DNA of 34,774 nucleotides. Origin: a virus. The notes under the pieces are model-generated. The model made no database searches. It saw only the letters and a program-made list of their open reading frames with translations, and had not been told where the DNA came from. Where the stretch lies: the UHGV virus genome UHGV-0288843; one strand, given 5' to 3'. Positions 1-7,911 of the stretch are shown here, in pieces (position 1 is the first letter of the stretch; each line of letters begins with the position of its first letter). Both the position numbers and the translations under genes were made by a program.

Positions 1-141
1 TGGTGATTTTAAATCTATCAAAGAGCGACCAGCTATTCGCTCTAAACGTCTAAAATTCTTCAACACATTTCTGGCATTCGCTTTTGTTTGTCGAAAATCT
101 ACTTCTTTTAGCAATTGAATCAAGTGGAATCGCTCCTTTTG

Positions 142-196
142 TGGTATAATAACTATGTCGAAAATATTTGTCACAGCCGGAGCAATCTGGCTTTTT
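142..196 (+). promoter_or_regulatory. Extended -10 promoter (TGgTATAAT, 142-150) followed ~15 nt later by a strong intrinsic terminator (AGCCGGA gcaa TCTGGCT + T7, 165-196)
   Basis: Read directly: TGnTATAAT at 142-150. A 7-bp stem (one G-U pair) with a 4-nt loop is followed by TTTTTTTATTTT. Confidence 0.35.
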
Positions 197-261
197 TTAT
201 TTTCTACTAAATAAACTTTTTACAATACGTACTATGAGATAGTATTTTCAAATACATTTAC

Positions 262-480
262 TCATGATATAATCATATTAACTTTCTTGGGGATTTTATT
301 TCTGAAATAAATTTCTCCTTTTCTATGATAACTGGCGGAAAACAGTTATCGATAGTTCCTGTCTCCACCAGAGACACAATGTCAACCTTATTTGTTGGCA
401 CTATTAGCACTTTACTTGGGAAAAGTGCTAACTACCACATTAGTCAGCCATTGGTCGGCTGGCTTTTTGTTTGCAAAAAA
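262..480 (+). ncRNA. Candidate small structured RNA: extended -10 promoter (TGATATAAT, 262-270), three perfect hairpins (331-354, 363-377, 406-433) and an intrinsic terminator (CAGCC attggtc GGCTG + TTTTTGTTT, ~449-476)
   Basis: No convincing ORF. The 63-aa ORF at 325..516 lacks a ribosome-binding site. Consecutive 8-bp, 5-bp and 8-bp perfect stems are followed by a hairpin and a T-run, on the plus strand only. Confidence 0.35.
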
Positions 481-512
481 TCGGCTAGTTATTGTAAAAA
501 AGTTGCAATAAG

Positions 513-713
513 TTAAAACTCCAATGTAATTGGCCTCCCGTATTTTAAAATTCTCCATTCGCCATCTTTTGTATTGGTTTTATTCATATGATTTCTTTCA
601 TCACGAGCTATCGTATAATCGAAAAATAAATCGGCTTGCTCTGCTCCATGTAAGTATTCAACATAAACGCCATCGACTTGCCTTCCTATGATATAAACTT
701 CTGGATAACTCAT
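513..713 (-). CDS. hypothetical early protein (66 aa from the internal ATG that overlaps the upstream stop)
   Basis: ORF in the early operon. The ATG at 713 overlaps the stop of the 710..895 ORF (ATGA coupling). Confidence 0.35.
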   Translation of the reverse strand: MSYPEVYIIGRQVDGVYVEYLHGAEQADLFFDYTIARDERNHMNKTNTKDGEWRILKYGRPITLEF

Positions 714-895
714 ACACTTGAACCTCCTAAATATAGACCTAATCCCAAAATAAACGAGCATGAAAGGAAATAAACAAGGTCACTGCTTGTTATGGAATTT
801 CCATACACGAAATAGCTCACGGTTGCTTTGGCTACAAGAATCATTATTGCAATGCCACTAACTTTATTTATTACACTTTTCCAGTTGCGTTTCAT
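710..895 (-). CDS. small hydrophobic (2 transmembrane helices) early protein
   Basis: The 61-aa ORF has two long hydrophobic stretches and abuts the upstream gene. Confidence 0.4.
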   Translation of the reverse strand: MKRNWKSVINKVSGIAIMILVAKATVSYFVYGNSITSSDLVYFLSCSFILGLGLYLGGSSV

Positions 896-1477
896 TTATT
901 CACCATCCACCTTCACAGCAAAAGCCCAATAGCGCTCATCAATTGCTTTGATTTCTTGTTCTGTGAATCTTACTTGCTCGTAGTTACCGACAACTTTTTC
1001 ATTGTTAGATAAATAGAATTGATCTGTCTCAACATTTTTAACTAAATACTTCTGCAAATACAAAATATCAAACTTCACATAATACAATTGCTCTGTCTCG
1101 ACTTCGTAGCCGTTGTCAATGGCGCTCATTAGTTTTACTTTATTTTTTGGAACTGTAAGCCAGCTCTCTATTTTTTCAGTTAAAAACGAGTATTCTTCAT
1201 CATAGTACCGCTCTAACTGTCTGCCGATGAACGTCATGAAAACAGCACCAGAATTTAACTTAACATTACTGATTTGACCTCTTAAACCATCAAGCCAATC
1301 TGCCACAAATTTCTCTTCATGTGAAAATATGACTTTTCCCTGTACTTTGAGTTCTTTTATGACCTCAATTGCTGCATTTACTCCATCGTCATAACCTCTT
1401 GACCATTCATCTTCTGCATCGCAGCCTCCGATATCATAGAGCGCTTGAATTAAATCTTCTTTTTCTTGTTTATTCAT
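896..1477 (-). CDS. phage early protein of unknown function (DUF1642-like). Start probably the ATG at 1477 (MNKQEK...)
   Basis: ORF with GGGAGGGG 6 nt upstream of the ATG at 1477. The ORF track's longer N-terminus lacks a ribosome-binding site. Confidence 0.5.
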   Translation of the reverse strand: MNKQEKEDLIQALYDIGGCDAEDEWSRGYDDGVNAAIEVIKELKVQGKVIFSHEEKFVADWLDGLRGQISNVKLNSGAVFMTFIGRQLERYYDEEYSFLTEKIESWLTVPKNKVKLMSAIDNGYEVETEQLYYVKFDILYLQKYLVKNVETDQFYLSNNEKVVGNYEQVRFTEQEIKAIDERYWAFAVKVDGE

Positions 1478-1730
1478 CGCTGCCCCTCCCAAAAAAGTCA
1501 ACATTTCCTAGGATTTCTAATTCTCCATCTGGGTAAACATCTAACCAATCATGAGCACCAATAAAATTATTAAAGGCATTCAAACCTTTTGTTTTATGAT
1601 GGTGATTTACTCCAAAACCGACTAATAAAATTTCACCTCGTAACGTTCGAACAACGTCATGATATTTAATTACTTTACCGTTCTTGTCTTTTACCTCTTC
1701 AACACAATTTTTGTAATTTTCATAACTCAT
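1470..1730 (-). CDS. hypothetical early protein (86 aa, His-rich motif VNHHHKTKG)
   Basis: ORF whose ATG overlaps the stop of the upstream small ORF (ATGA). Confidence 0.45.
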   Translation of the reverse strand: MSYENYKNCVEEVKDKNGKVIKYHDVVRTLRGEILLVGFGVNHHHKTKGLNAFNNFIGAHDWLDVYPDGELEILGNVDFFGRGSDE

Positions 1731-1888
1731 TCCGCTTCCTCCTCAATACATTTAAACAAGCCCTCTGACTTCTTTAATATTTCTCTTTCCCTTTTATATA
1801 CATTTTCTTCAAAGAAAGCTTTTGCTTCTTCGTTATTACTTATGTCAATTTCAATATATTCATCTTTGAAAGCTTCTTTAAAGCTCAT
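1727..1888 (-). CDS. small acidic protein (53 aa), not in the ORF track
   Basis: Translated by hand: MSFKEAFKDEYIEIDISNNEEAKAFFEENVYKREREILKKSEGLFKCIEEEAE. GGAGG lies 6 nt upstream. ATGA overlaps join it to the yopX stop and to the next gene's start. Confidence 0.35.
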   Translation of the reverse strand: MSFKEAFKDEYIEIDISNNEEAKAFFEENVYKREREILKKSEGLFKCIEEEAE

Positions 1889-2301
1889 TCTGCGACCTCC
1901 AATAGCTCTGGGTTCTCGTGAATATTTCCGAGTATTTCTAAAGAACTAGTTCCATCAAAAGTATTAGAAACATCAATAAAATCATAGTTGTCATCTGGTT
2001 CTATTCCATCGATAAAAAATTGATAACAGTCTCTTTTAACGATACCTAGGTAGCTATATTCTCCATCTCGATACTGAACAATATCACCCTCAAAAATTTC
2101 AACGCCGTTCTTGTCTTTCAAGCCTGTTGATTGCATGAGGATCACATCTTTAAATTCTCGTGTCAACGTATGCCTATTCTCATGATCTCCATTATCAGCC
2201 TCAAGCCAAACTGTTTTTTTCTCAAAGTCAATTTGATTAACTTTCATCATTTTTTTATATTTCTTATCCCACGCTCTAAACTTTGGAATCATCTTCTTCA
2301 C
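1885..2301 (-). CDS. YopX-family phage protein
   Basis: Motifs EIFEGDIVQY and the C-terminal GNIHENPELL are typical of the YopX family found in Firmicute phages. Confidence 0.7.
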   Translation of the reverse strand: MKKMIPKFRAWDKKYKKMMKVNQIDFEKKTVWLEADNGDHENRHTLTREFKDVILMQSTGLKDKNGVEIFEGDIVQYRDGEYSYLGIVKRDCYQFFIDGIEPDDNYDFIDVSNTFDGTSSLEILGNIHENPELLEVAE

Positions 2302-2335
2302 TCACTTTCTAAAATAGTGACAGCTGTTCTCCAGT

Positions 2336-3100
2336 TCATATAAATAGCCCCATTGGGATATTTGACAACATTTTTTCCTGCGCAACTTCGTACATCTCTT
2401 TCTTTATTTCAAATCCATAAGCATTTCTATTGAGTTCTGCCGCAGCTCTAAGCGTAGAGCCACTACCAGCGCATGGATCTATTACAACATCCCCATAATC
2501 TGTGAAAATTTCAATTAACCGTTTAATAACGGGTACCGGTTTTTGTGTCGGATGTATTTTTGGGTAGCTGTTATCCGTTTCCCATTCAAACCAATTTAGA
2601 ACCATACGGCCGTCGTTATTGAATTTGGGAAGTTTTTCTCTGTAAAGAACTAGTGCATATTCTGTAGCCCCTACGATCCTCATATTTGCTTTTAGTACTT
2701 GAGGACTGGACTTCTTAATAAAAACTAGTGGAATGTGATTTTTAAAGCCGTACCGTTTACCATAATCAATCACCATTTGAAGCTGTTGAAAAGCGCAAAA
2801 TACAATCATAGCTGGCGCTTTTCCAACTTCTTTAGGTTCTTTCTTTAACATTTTTGAGCAAAAATGCATAAACTCTGATATTCTAAAATTCTCATCGGTG
2901 TCAAAAAAGCTTTTATTCGCTTTATCCGATTCTCCATTTTCAATTTTTCCACCCTCATACCATGCAGAACTGGATGCATAAGCATTTTTACCTAAGTTGT
3001 ACGGTATGTCTGCAATAACTAATTGTGCTTTCGGTATGCCGTATCGTTTATAATTTTGAAAATGATCGTTAAATAATTGTATTTTCGGTTCTCTCTGCAT
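2336..3100 (-). CDS. DNA methyltransferase (beta-class N6-adenine/N4-cytosine type) with no partnered restriction gene
   Basis: The catalytic D-I-P-Y motif (ADIPYN) is N-terminal. The SAM-binding DPCAGSGST motif is C-terminal. HPTQKP is also present. No adjacent restriction-endonuclease-like gene. Confidence 0.75.
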   Translation of the reverse strand: MQREPKIQLFNDHFQNYKRYGIPKAQLVIADIPYNLGKNAYASSSAWYEGGKIENGESDKANKSFFDTDENFRISEFMHFCSKMLKKEPKEVGKAPAMIVFCAFQQLQMVIDYGKRYGFKNHIPLVFIKKSSPQVLKANMRIVGATEYALVLYREKLPKFNNDGRMVLNWFEWETDNSYPKIHPTQKPVPVIKRLIEIFTDYGDVVIDPCAGSGSTLRAAAELNRNAYGFEIKKEMYEVAQEKMLSNIPMGLFI

Positions 3101-3155
3101 AATTTCAAAGGAGTAAAGAATTCTTTGTGGTCGACCAAACCTCCACTCCTTTCGC

Positions 3156-3296
3156 TTATTTCTTCTTTATTTCAGCTAACTTTTTCGCAACACTTTGCCC
3201 ACTTTTGTTGCATAGCGGACAAGAAGTTGCTTTTGAATGACCGAATCTATCTTTTTCCCAGACAATCATCTGTCCCTTGCATTTTATGCACGTCAT
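3156..3296 (-). CDS. small zinc-ribbon protein (46 aa, two CxxC motifs), not in the ORF track
   Basis: Translated by hand: MTCIKCKGQMIVWEKDRFGHSKATSCPLCNKSGQSVAKKLAEIKKK. GAGG lies 8 nt upstream. It fills the apparent 280-nt gap in the operon. Confidence 0.4.
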   Translation of the reverse strand: MTCIKCKGQMIVWEKDRFGHSKATSCPLCNKSGQSVAKKLAEIKKK

Positions 3297-3382
3297 CGTT
3301 TTTACCTCGCTTATTGTATGTGCCGTTTGCGATAGCTTTTTCTTTTAGTCTGCGTTTTTTCTTTTTGATTTTAGATTTAGTT

Positions 3383-4144
3383 TTACCCATTCACTTTGAC
3401 CGCCTTTGTCAAATCGAATCCTAAAGCGTTTGGATATCCTTCAACTTCTTCTGGTTTTACATGGTAAACATCTGTTTCAATGTTAAACCCTCCAACTTCG
3501 GCAGCTTTTTTTAACACATGACCATTCCAGCTTTTTCGATAGCCTGTTTTTTTATTTGCTTTAGGACTTACACAACTTCTAGCACCTTCCGCAGTGGCTT
3601 CACACGGTAAAACAAATAACGCTTTGTTTTGTTCGTCTAAATACAGTTGAACCCATTCGGGTTTGTTCAATCGTTGAACTACTGGACCACTTAAAGCCAG
3701 ACCGCTTTTTGAGATCGTTAAACATTCCTCTGCTTTCACTCCAAAATTGTTTGAAATAAGTAACGTTGCTGTATTTAAATTAAATTTCATGCGTTTGTTC
3801 TCCTCTACTTTGTTATTTTCTTTTCGCTTAATTATGTTTTCTATGCCGTTTGCCTTTCGCCAGTTTTGAAATGTGGTTGTTCCAAGTCCGAGAGCTTTCT
3901 TAATATCGTTTACTTGATAACCTAAGTCTAATAAGTGCTGATATTCTTCTTTCGTCAGCTTGTCAGGCTCTAATTTTGGTAATGGTCGCTTATCGTTTAT
4001 AAGGTTAGAATTCAGTCGTTTTGATAATCTCTGGACCTCTTCCACGATTTCTGGATTATTCATCCATGATTCATCATCACCAGTCAAAAAAAGAATTCTC
4101 TGGCGAATGGCTCTTTTTGTTTCTCTGAGTTTGTTTTTCGTCAT
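3383..4144 (-). CDS. putative DNA-binding early protein (N-terminal helix-turn-helix-like region, function unknown)
   Basis: 253-aa ORF in the early operon with a basic N-terminus. No clear family assignment. Confidence 0.4.
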   Translation of the reverse strand: MTKNKLRETKRAIRQRILFLTGDDESWMNNPEIVEEVQRLSKRLNSNLINDKRPLPKLEPDKLTKEEYQHLLDLGYQVNDIKKALGLGTTTFQNWRKANGIENIIKRKENNKVEENKRMKFNLNTATLLISNNFGVKAEECLTISKSGLALSGPVVQRLNKPEWVQLYLDEQNKALFVLPCEATAEGARSCVSPKANKKTGYRKSWNGHVLKKAAEVGGFNIETDVYHVKPEEVEGYPNALGFDLTKAVKVNG

Positions 4145-4575
4145 TCCTTTTCCTCCAAACTCATAATTTCAATTTCTGTTCGTGGTCGCATGCTATACAG
4201 CTTTTGGCAAACCATCACAGCAATTTGACCATCGTTTTTGTATAAAATACCTTCAGCAGCATCTGTCACTGCTTTAAAATAGTTGTCCAAATCGGGCTTT
4301 TTGTCGCAATATTTCCGCTCTAATTCCACTTCTAAGCGTTTCTGTTTATTGCTTAGAGCTGATTTAGGCGGATGGATGTAAAACGTCACATGAGCGGAAA
4401 TTGGCCCTTTTTCAATCAACTTTGCTCTTGATTTACGAAGATAATTTTTTACTTGATTTTTGTATTCTTTCATCGCTCGATCTTCGTAGGTTTGAACATA
4501 ATTTCCACGCCTTGCGAATCTTGGGCGACTTTGTGGCTTAGGTTCAACCGGTAGAATAATTCGCATCTCTTCCAC
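4141..4575 (-). CDS. rusA: RusA-family Holliday junction resolvase
   Basis: PDLDNYFKAVTDAAEGILYKNDGQI matches the RusA catalytic aspartate region. Size is 144 aa. Confidence 0.7.
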   Translation of the reverse strand: MEEMRIILPVEPKPQSRPRFARRGNYVQTYEDRAMKEYKNQVKNYLRKSRAKLIEKGPISAHVTFYIHPPKSALSNKQKRLEVELERKYCDKKPDLDNYFKAVTDAAEGILYKNDGQIAVMVCQKLYSMRPRTEIEIMSLEEKE

Positions 4576-4583
4576 CTCGAACC

Positions 4584-4883
4584 TTACAAATCGGATTCTT
4601 TGACGAATACTCCGTTTACCATTTCCCCTTGGCGATTTTTGATTTCGCTATATGCTTGATTTAAGCATTCGTGTAAGTCCATGTTATTTTGCATAGCGAG
4701 AATAATTAACGTCACAACCACATCCCCAATACCATCTCTTAGGTCGTTTTCGTTGTTTCTTGCCAATGCAGCCCCAACTTCTCCGACTTCCTCAATCACT
4801 TTTAACATTTGCTTTTCAGGCTCTGCTTTATCTAAACGCTTTTCTTTCGCCCATTCTTCCACTAATTTAACTAATTCATTCAT
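4584..4883 (-). CDS. MazG-like nucleotide pyrophosphohydrolase
   Basis: Size is 99 aa. EEVGEVGAA...GDVVVTLIILA matches the MazG/HisE-like all-alpha NTP pyrophosphatase signature. Confidence 0.6.
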   Translation of the reverse strand: MNELVKLVEEWAKEKRLDKAEPEKQMLKVIEEVGEVGAALARNNENDLRDGIGDVVVTLIILAMQNNMDLHECLNQAYSEIKNRQGEMVNGVFVKESDL

Positions 4884-5186
4884 CTAAAATTCCTCCCCGA
4901 AATCTAATTCACGTTTTAGCTTGCTGTGAATCGATTCTAGCTCTTTTTTGTATTCTTTGACTGTTTGTATTGTTTTACCACTAGAAAGCACATAATCGCG
5001 TTCTATTGCGACGAGAGCCTTACTTAAATTGCCATAATAACCAATCAAAGCGAGAGACTCTTTTTCTGTAGCGTCTTTATCAGTCAAAATGGTTAACTCT
5101 CCGTGTTCGTTTCGCCTCGCTTTATTTACGATTACTTGCTTATCATCGCTAGTAATTCGATAATCAAGTACCTTCATTTCAATCAT
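4884..5186 (-). CDS. hypothetical early protein (100 aa)
   Basis: ORF tightly packed between the replisome organiser and the MazG-like gene. Confidence 0.45.
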   Translation of the reverse strand: MIEMKVLDYRITSDDKQVIVNKARRNEHGELTILTDKDATEKESLALIGYYGNLSKALVAIERDYVLSSGKTIQTVKEYKKELESIHSKLKRELDFGEEF

Positions 5187-5189
5187 GAT

Positions 5190-6056
5190 TTACTCTCCTC
5201 CCGACAATTCTTGTATTTGTCTTTTTAGAGCTGCTTGCTCTTCTGGTGATAATTTTTCCTCTTCTTGTTTTGGTTCATTTACCCAATCTGGTAATTGCTC
5301 TTGTCTAACTGGAGGATTCGTATATCTTGCTTGCGTTGTCGTTTCAGATAAGTCGTATTCATCGTTAAAACGTTCATCACGTATCCAGCGGAACAATTCT
5401 TGTGGATGATACCAGTCGTTTAATTTGATATACTTAAGATAAGCTTTGTATCCTGTTTTAAACCGTTCGAAGTCTTCATCTGACTTAATTTTCTTTAAGA
5501 ATTGCTCTTTGGCTTTTTTCTTATTGGTTTTCTTCGGATATGTTTTCCAAACTTTTTCGAATAATTCAAGCATAGTTGAGCTCGGCTCAACACTATTCTT
5601 TTTTTTATCCTTAACTAACCTATCCTTACCTAACCTAACCTGTGTATCCATTTGGTATCCCATACGGTTGTCATCTGGTATACCAAGATGGTTTTCACTC
5701 TCTATAACCTCGGTTTTAAAGGTATATGCCTTACTATTTTTCTCAGCTAATTCAGCCTTTTCTTCTTGATATAGAGTTGGTTTGTATCGATCATTTCGAA
5801 TATAGTTATGAATTTTCCAATGCTTGATAACAATAACTCCGCTATCAAAAACTAAAATGAATCTTTTGGCCATTAATAGCTTTAGATCATCATCTCCACA
5901 TCCAACCATTCGTTGGATTTTCTTAGGATTATTAATAAATCCATCATCATCCGCTCGCATTGACAAATGAAAGTAAAGAGATTGAGTTGACAGCGGCATG
6001 TCTAAAAATGCATCGCTATCAATGATGGTCTTTGCAAACATTCTTCTTTCAGCCAC
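5190..6056 (-). CDS. phage replisome organiser / DnaD-like replication initiation protein
   Basis: The N-terminus MAERRMFAKTIIDSDAFLDMP...SLYFHL matches the replisome-organiser N-terminal domain. Internal GGTTAG iterons are present. Confidence 0.6.
   Translation of the reverse strand: MAERRMFAKTIIDSDAFLDMPLSTQSLYFHLSMRADDDGFINNPKKIQRMVGCGDDDLKLLMAKRFILVFDSGVIVIKHWKIHNYIRNDRYKPTLYQEEKAELAEKNSKAYTFKTEVIESENHLGIPDDNRMGYQMDTQVRLGKDRLVKDKKKNSVEPSSTMLELFEKVWKTYPKKTNKKKAKEQFLKKIKSDEDFERFKTGYKAYLKYIKLNDWYHPQELFRWIRDERFNDEYDLSETTTQARYTNPPVRQEQLPDWVNEPKQEEEKLSPEEQAALKRQIQELSGGE
5593..5650. repeat. Candidate origin of replication: four GGTTAG (CTAACC) direct repeats plus an adjacent A/T run, inside the replisome organiser gene
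   Basis: Plus strand reads ...ctttttttta tcc ttaactaacc tatccttacc taacctaacc tg. Iterons inside the organiser gene are typical of Firmicute phage origins. Confidence 0.4.
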
Positions 6057-6060
6057 CGTT

Positions 6061-6702
6061 CTATCCTCCTATGTTTAACTTTTTACGTTCTTCGATGTTT
6101 AATTTCACTGGTTTAATTTGATACTTATTCAAGAAGTTCTTAGTGCCTATTTGGTGTTCCTCTTGATGGTGTTGACGGCAACCAGCATAAAATGTGAATG
6201 TCTCATGATTGATTTTTTTACGATTACGCCCCATACCAACAACTTCAATATGGCAAACATCAGCATGCTTACCGCAAATACAGCACTTACGATATTTCAG
6301 GCAGTAATAAAACCATTTGTTGTTTTCAAGCAAGTATTGGTATCTTTTTTCTAGCGGTATATCGTTTTTCAAAATGAACTCAATCAAGAAACCGATCCAC
6401 TCAGTCGCTTCATTCTTGGTAGCTCGACTATGTTCAAAATAAACACCACTCTTAGCTTCGTAGTAGTATTTCAAGACACTTTCAATCCATTTAGGTTCGT
6501 CATAGCTCCAACGTGCCACATCGGCTATTAGAACGTGAGAAAGTGCATTCTGTTTTTGAGACATTTGTCGATTATCTAAGAATTCAACTTTCGCTAAATT
6601 ATCATCGTTATTAGCCAGAAGTTCGAGAAAATTTGAATTTATTTCATCCTCAAATTCGATAGCCAATTTATTCCCTTTATGATTTATGATTTTTCCAATC
6701 AT
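6061..6702 (-). CDS. Cys/His-rich (HNH-like zinc-binding) early protein
   Basis: The C-terminus CCICGKHADVCHIEVVGMGRNRKKINHETFTFYAGCRQHHQEEH is typical of HNH-type nuclease or zinc-finger modules. Confidence 0.4.
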   Translation of the reverse strand: MIGKIINHKGNKLAIEFEDEINSNFLELLANNDDNLAKVEFLDNRQMSQKQNALSHVLIADVARWSYDEPKWIESVLKYYYEAKSGVYFEHSRATKNEATEWIGFLIEFILKNDIPLEKRYQYLLENNKWFYYCLKYRKCCICGKHADVCHIEVVGMGRNRKKINHETFTFYAGCRQHHQEEHQIGTKNFLNKYQIKPVKLNIEERKKLNIGG

Positions 6703-6706
6703 TCAA

Positions 6707-7393
6707 TCACTTCTTTTCTTTTTTTGCCTTTTCTGCTTGGTTCGTAGCTTGAGCGATTAGACGGCCAATCATTCCATAATGTTGTTTGTTCATTTGTTCT
6801 AGTTTTGTTATTTTATCTAATTGTGGATAGCTCTCTTCAATCCATAAATTTAAACGCTTAATCATTTCTTCTGTTGCATCAAAACCAACGATTTCGCTCA
6901 ATGCTGATAATGCTGCTTCTGTTTTTTCCAGGTCTTTCACTTCAATTGTTGGAGGCTCTGGTAAATCTTCACCTCTATAGATATATAATCCTAACCCATG
7001 TTTTGCTAACGCCTTAACAAATGCACGTTTCAATGCTTTATTTACCTGCGTCATTGTCGGCGATGTTACATCGTTATTTTTAAAATCTAAAATAGGGTAT
7101 ATTTCTGTTTCTTCGACTTCTTTAAAAAGTACAGAGACTTCTACATATGAACCACCATTTGTTGTCTGATATGGTAATTCTTTTGATACTAAAAACTCTT
7201 TTCGCTCTCCCTTGACTACCATCCAATGTTCAAACTCACGAATAGAAATAATGGCGTTTGGATCATGCTTCTTCATAAGTTCGTGAGCATCAGACCACGA
7301 TAGATAATTGAACTTTCCTTTTTGTTGTATACGTTTTGATACATCTATTTCAGTCATTTTTTGAAAATCCGTAATAATCTTTTTCTCAGTCAT
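6707..7393 (-). CDS. putative Rad52-like single-strand annealing protein (Sak/DUF1071-type), tentative
   Basis: KFNYLSWSDAHELMKKHDPNA resembles the Sak/Rad52-like motif. The gene sits in a recombination/replication module. Confidence 0.4.
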   Translation of the reverse strand: MTEKKIITDFQKMTEIDVSKRIQQKGKFNYLSWSDAHELMKKHDPNAIISIREFEHWMVVKGERKEFLVSKELPYQTTNGGSYVEVSVLFKEVEETEIYPILDFKNNDVTSPTMTQVNKALKRAFVKALAKHGLGLYIYRGEDLPEPPTIEVKDLEKTEAALSALSEIVGFDATEEMIKRLNLWIEESYPQLDKITKLEQMNKQHYGMIGRLIAQATNQAEKAKKEKK

Positions 7394-7709
7394 TTAATAG
7401 CGCCTCCTTGTATACTTTGCCTAAACCGATGTAATCAATCTTTTCTAAATACTGTTGGTCAAATTCTTCTATTACATCTACAATGCTATTTTGAGTGACA
7501 ATAGCTGTTAATTCATGACACTTTAGCTGTGCTTTTTTATCATATTTAAAGATTTTAAAACACATCTGAAACACTCCATCTTCATCTGCAATTTCATTTC
7601 CGAAAAAGTCAGTACTATCAATTTCATCGTTTTCATATTGTTCCTTGTTTTGCTTTTTAGGCGGCTCTGTTAAAAATCGATCTAATGCATCTGCTTCACT
7701 ACGATTCAT
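7386..7709 (-). CDS. highly acidic early protein (107 aa)
   Basis: The N-terminal 45 residues are rich in Asp and Glu. The ATG overlaps the stop of the upstream small ORF. Confidence 0.45.
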   Translation of the reverse strand: MNRSEADALDRFLTEPPKKQNKEQYENDEIDSTDFFGNEIADEDGVFQMCFKIFKYDKKAQLKCHELTAIVTQNSIVDVIEEFDQQYLEKIDYIGLGKVYKEALLND

Positions 7710-7801
7710 TCACAAGACCTCATTTCTGTGATATAATTTTCTTGTATAATTTTTGTATGCGACTTATTGCTTGCCGGCTTAAGTCGCTTTTTTGTCGTCA
7801 T
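7706..7801 (-). CDS. small basic ORF (31 aa), coupled by ATGA overlap
   Basis: Translated by hand: MTTKKRLKPASNKSHTKIIQENYITEMRSCE. ATGA overlaps on both sides. Confidence 0.25.
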   Translation of the reverse strand: MTTKKRLKPASNKSHTKIIQENYITEMRSCE

Positions 7802-7911
7802 GCGACACCTCTGCGCTCTTTTTGTTGCGCAATGTATATTTTATTTTTTTGTTGCTGGTACCATAAATCAGCAAGTTTTTTCGTTTGTTCTAATTTGTCT
7901 TTTCTTGTCAT
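7798..7911 (-). CDS. small ORF (37 aa), coupled by ATGA overlap
   Basis: Translated by hand: MTRKDKLEQTKKLADLWYQQQKNKIYIAQQKERRGVA. Confidence 0.25.
   Translation of the reverse strand: MTRKDKLEQTKKLADLWYQQQKNKIYIAQQKERRGVA

Noticed and set aside
115-150. TTGAAT...TATAAT read as a sigma-70 promoter
   Set aside because: The spacing between the hexamers is 24 nt. Only the extended -10 (TGgTATAAT) is plausible as a promoter element.
325-516. 63-aa plus-strand ORF in the left-end non-coding region
   Set aside because: No Shine-Dalgarno sequence. The segment is better explained as a structured RNA, with three perfect hairpins plus a terminator.
1659-1949. 96-aa plus-strand ORF (and similar antisense ORFs 2131..2343, 4681..4887, 5185..5409, 5446..5769, 6118..6354, 7685..7970, 14795..15088, 18815..19114, 23978..24249, 24325..24730, 26202..26477, 30026..30337, 31081..31278)
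   Set aside because: All lie antisense to well-supported minus-strand genes and lack ribosome-binding sites. They have biased, low-complexity composition.
3077-3424. 115-aa plus-strand ORF spanning the MTase/HTH-gene gap
   Set aside because: No ribosome-binding site. It is antisense to the hand-found zinc-ribbon ORF and to gene ends. Hydrophobic low-complexity translation. The minus-strand small ORF explains the region better.
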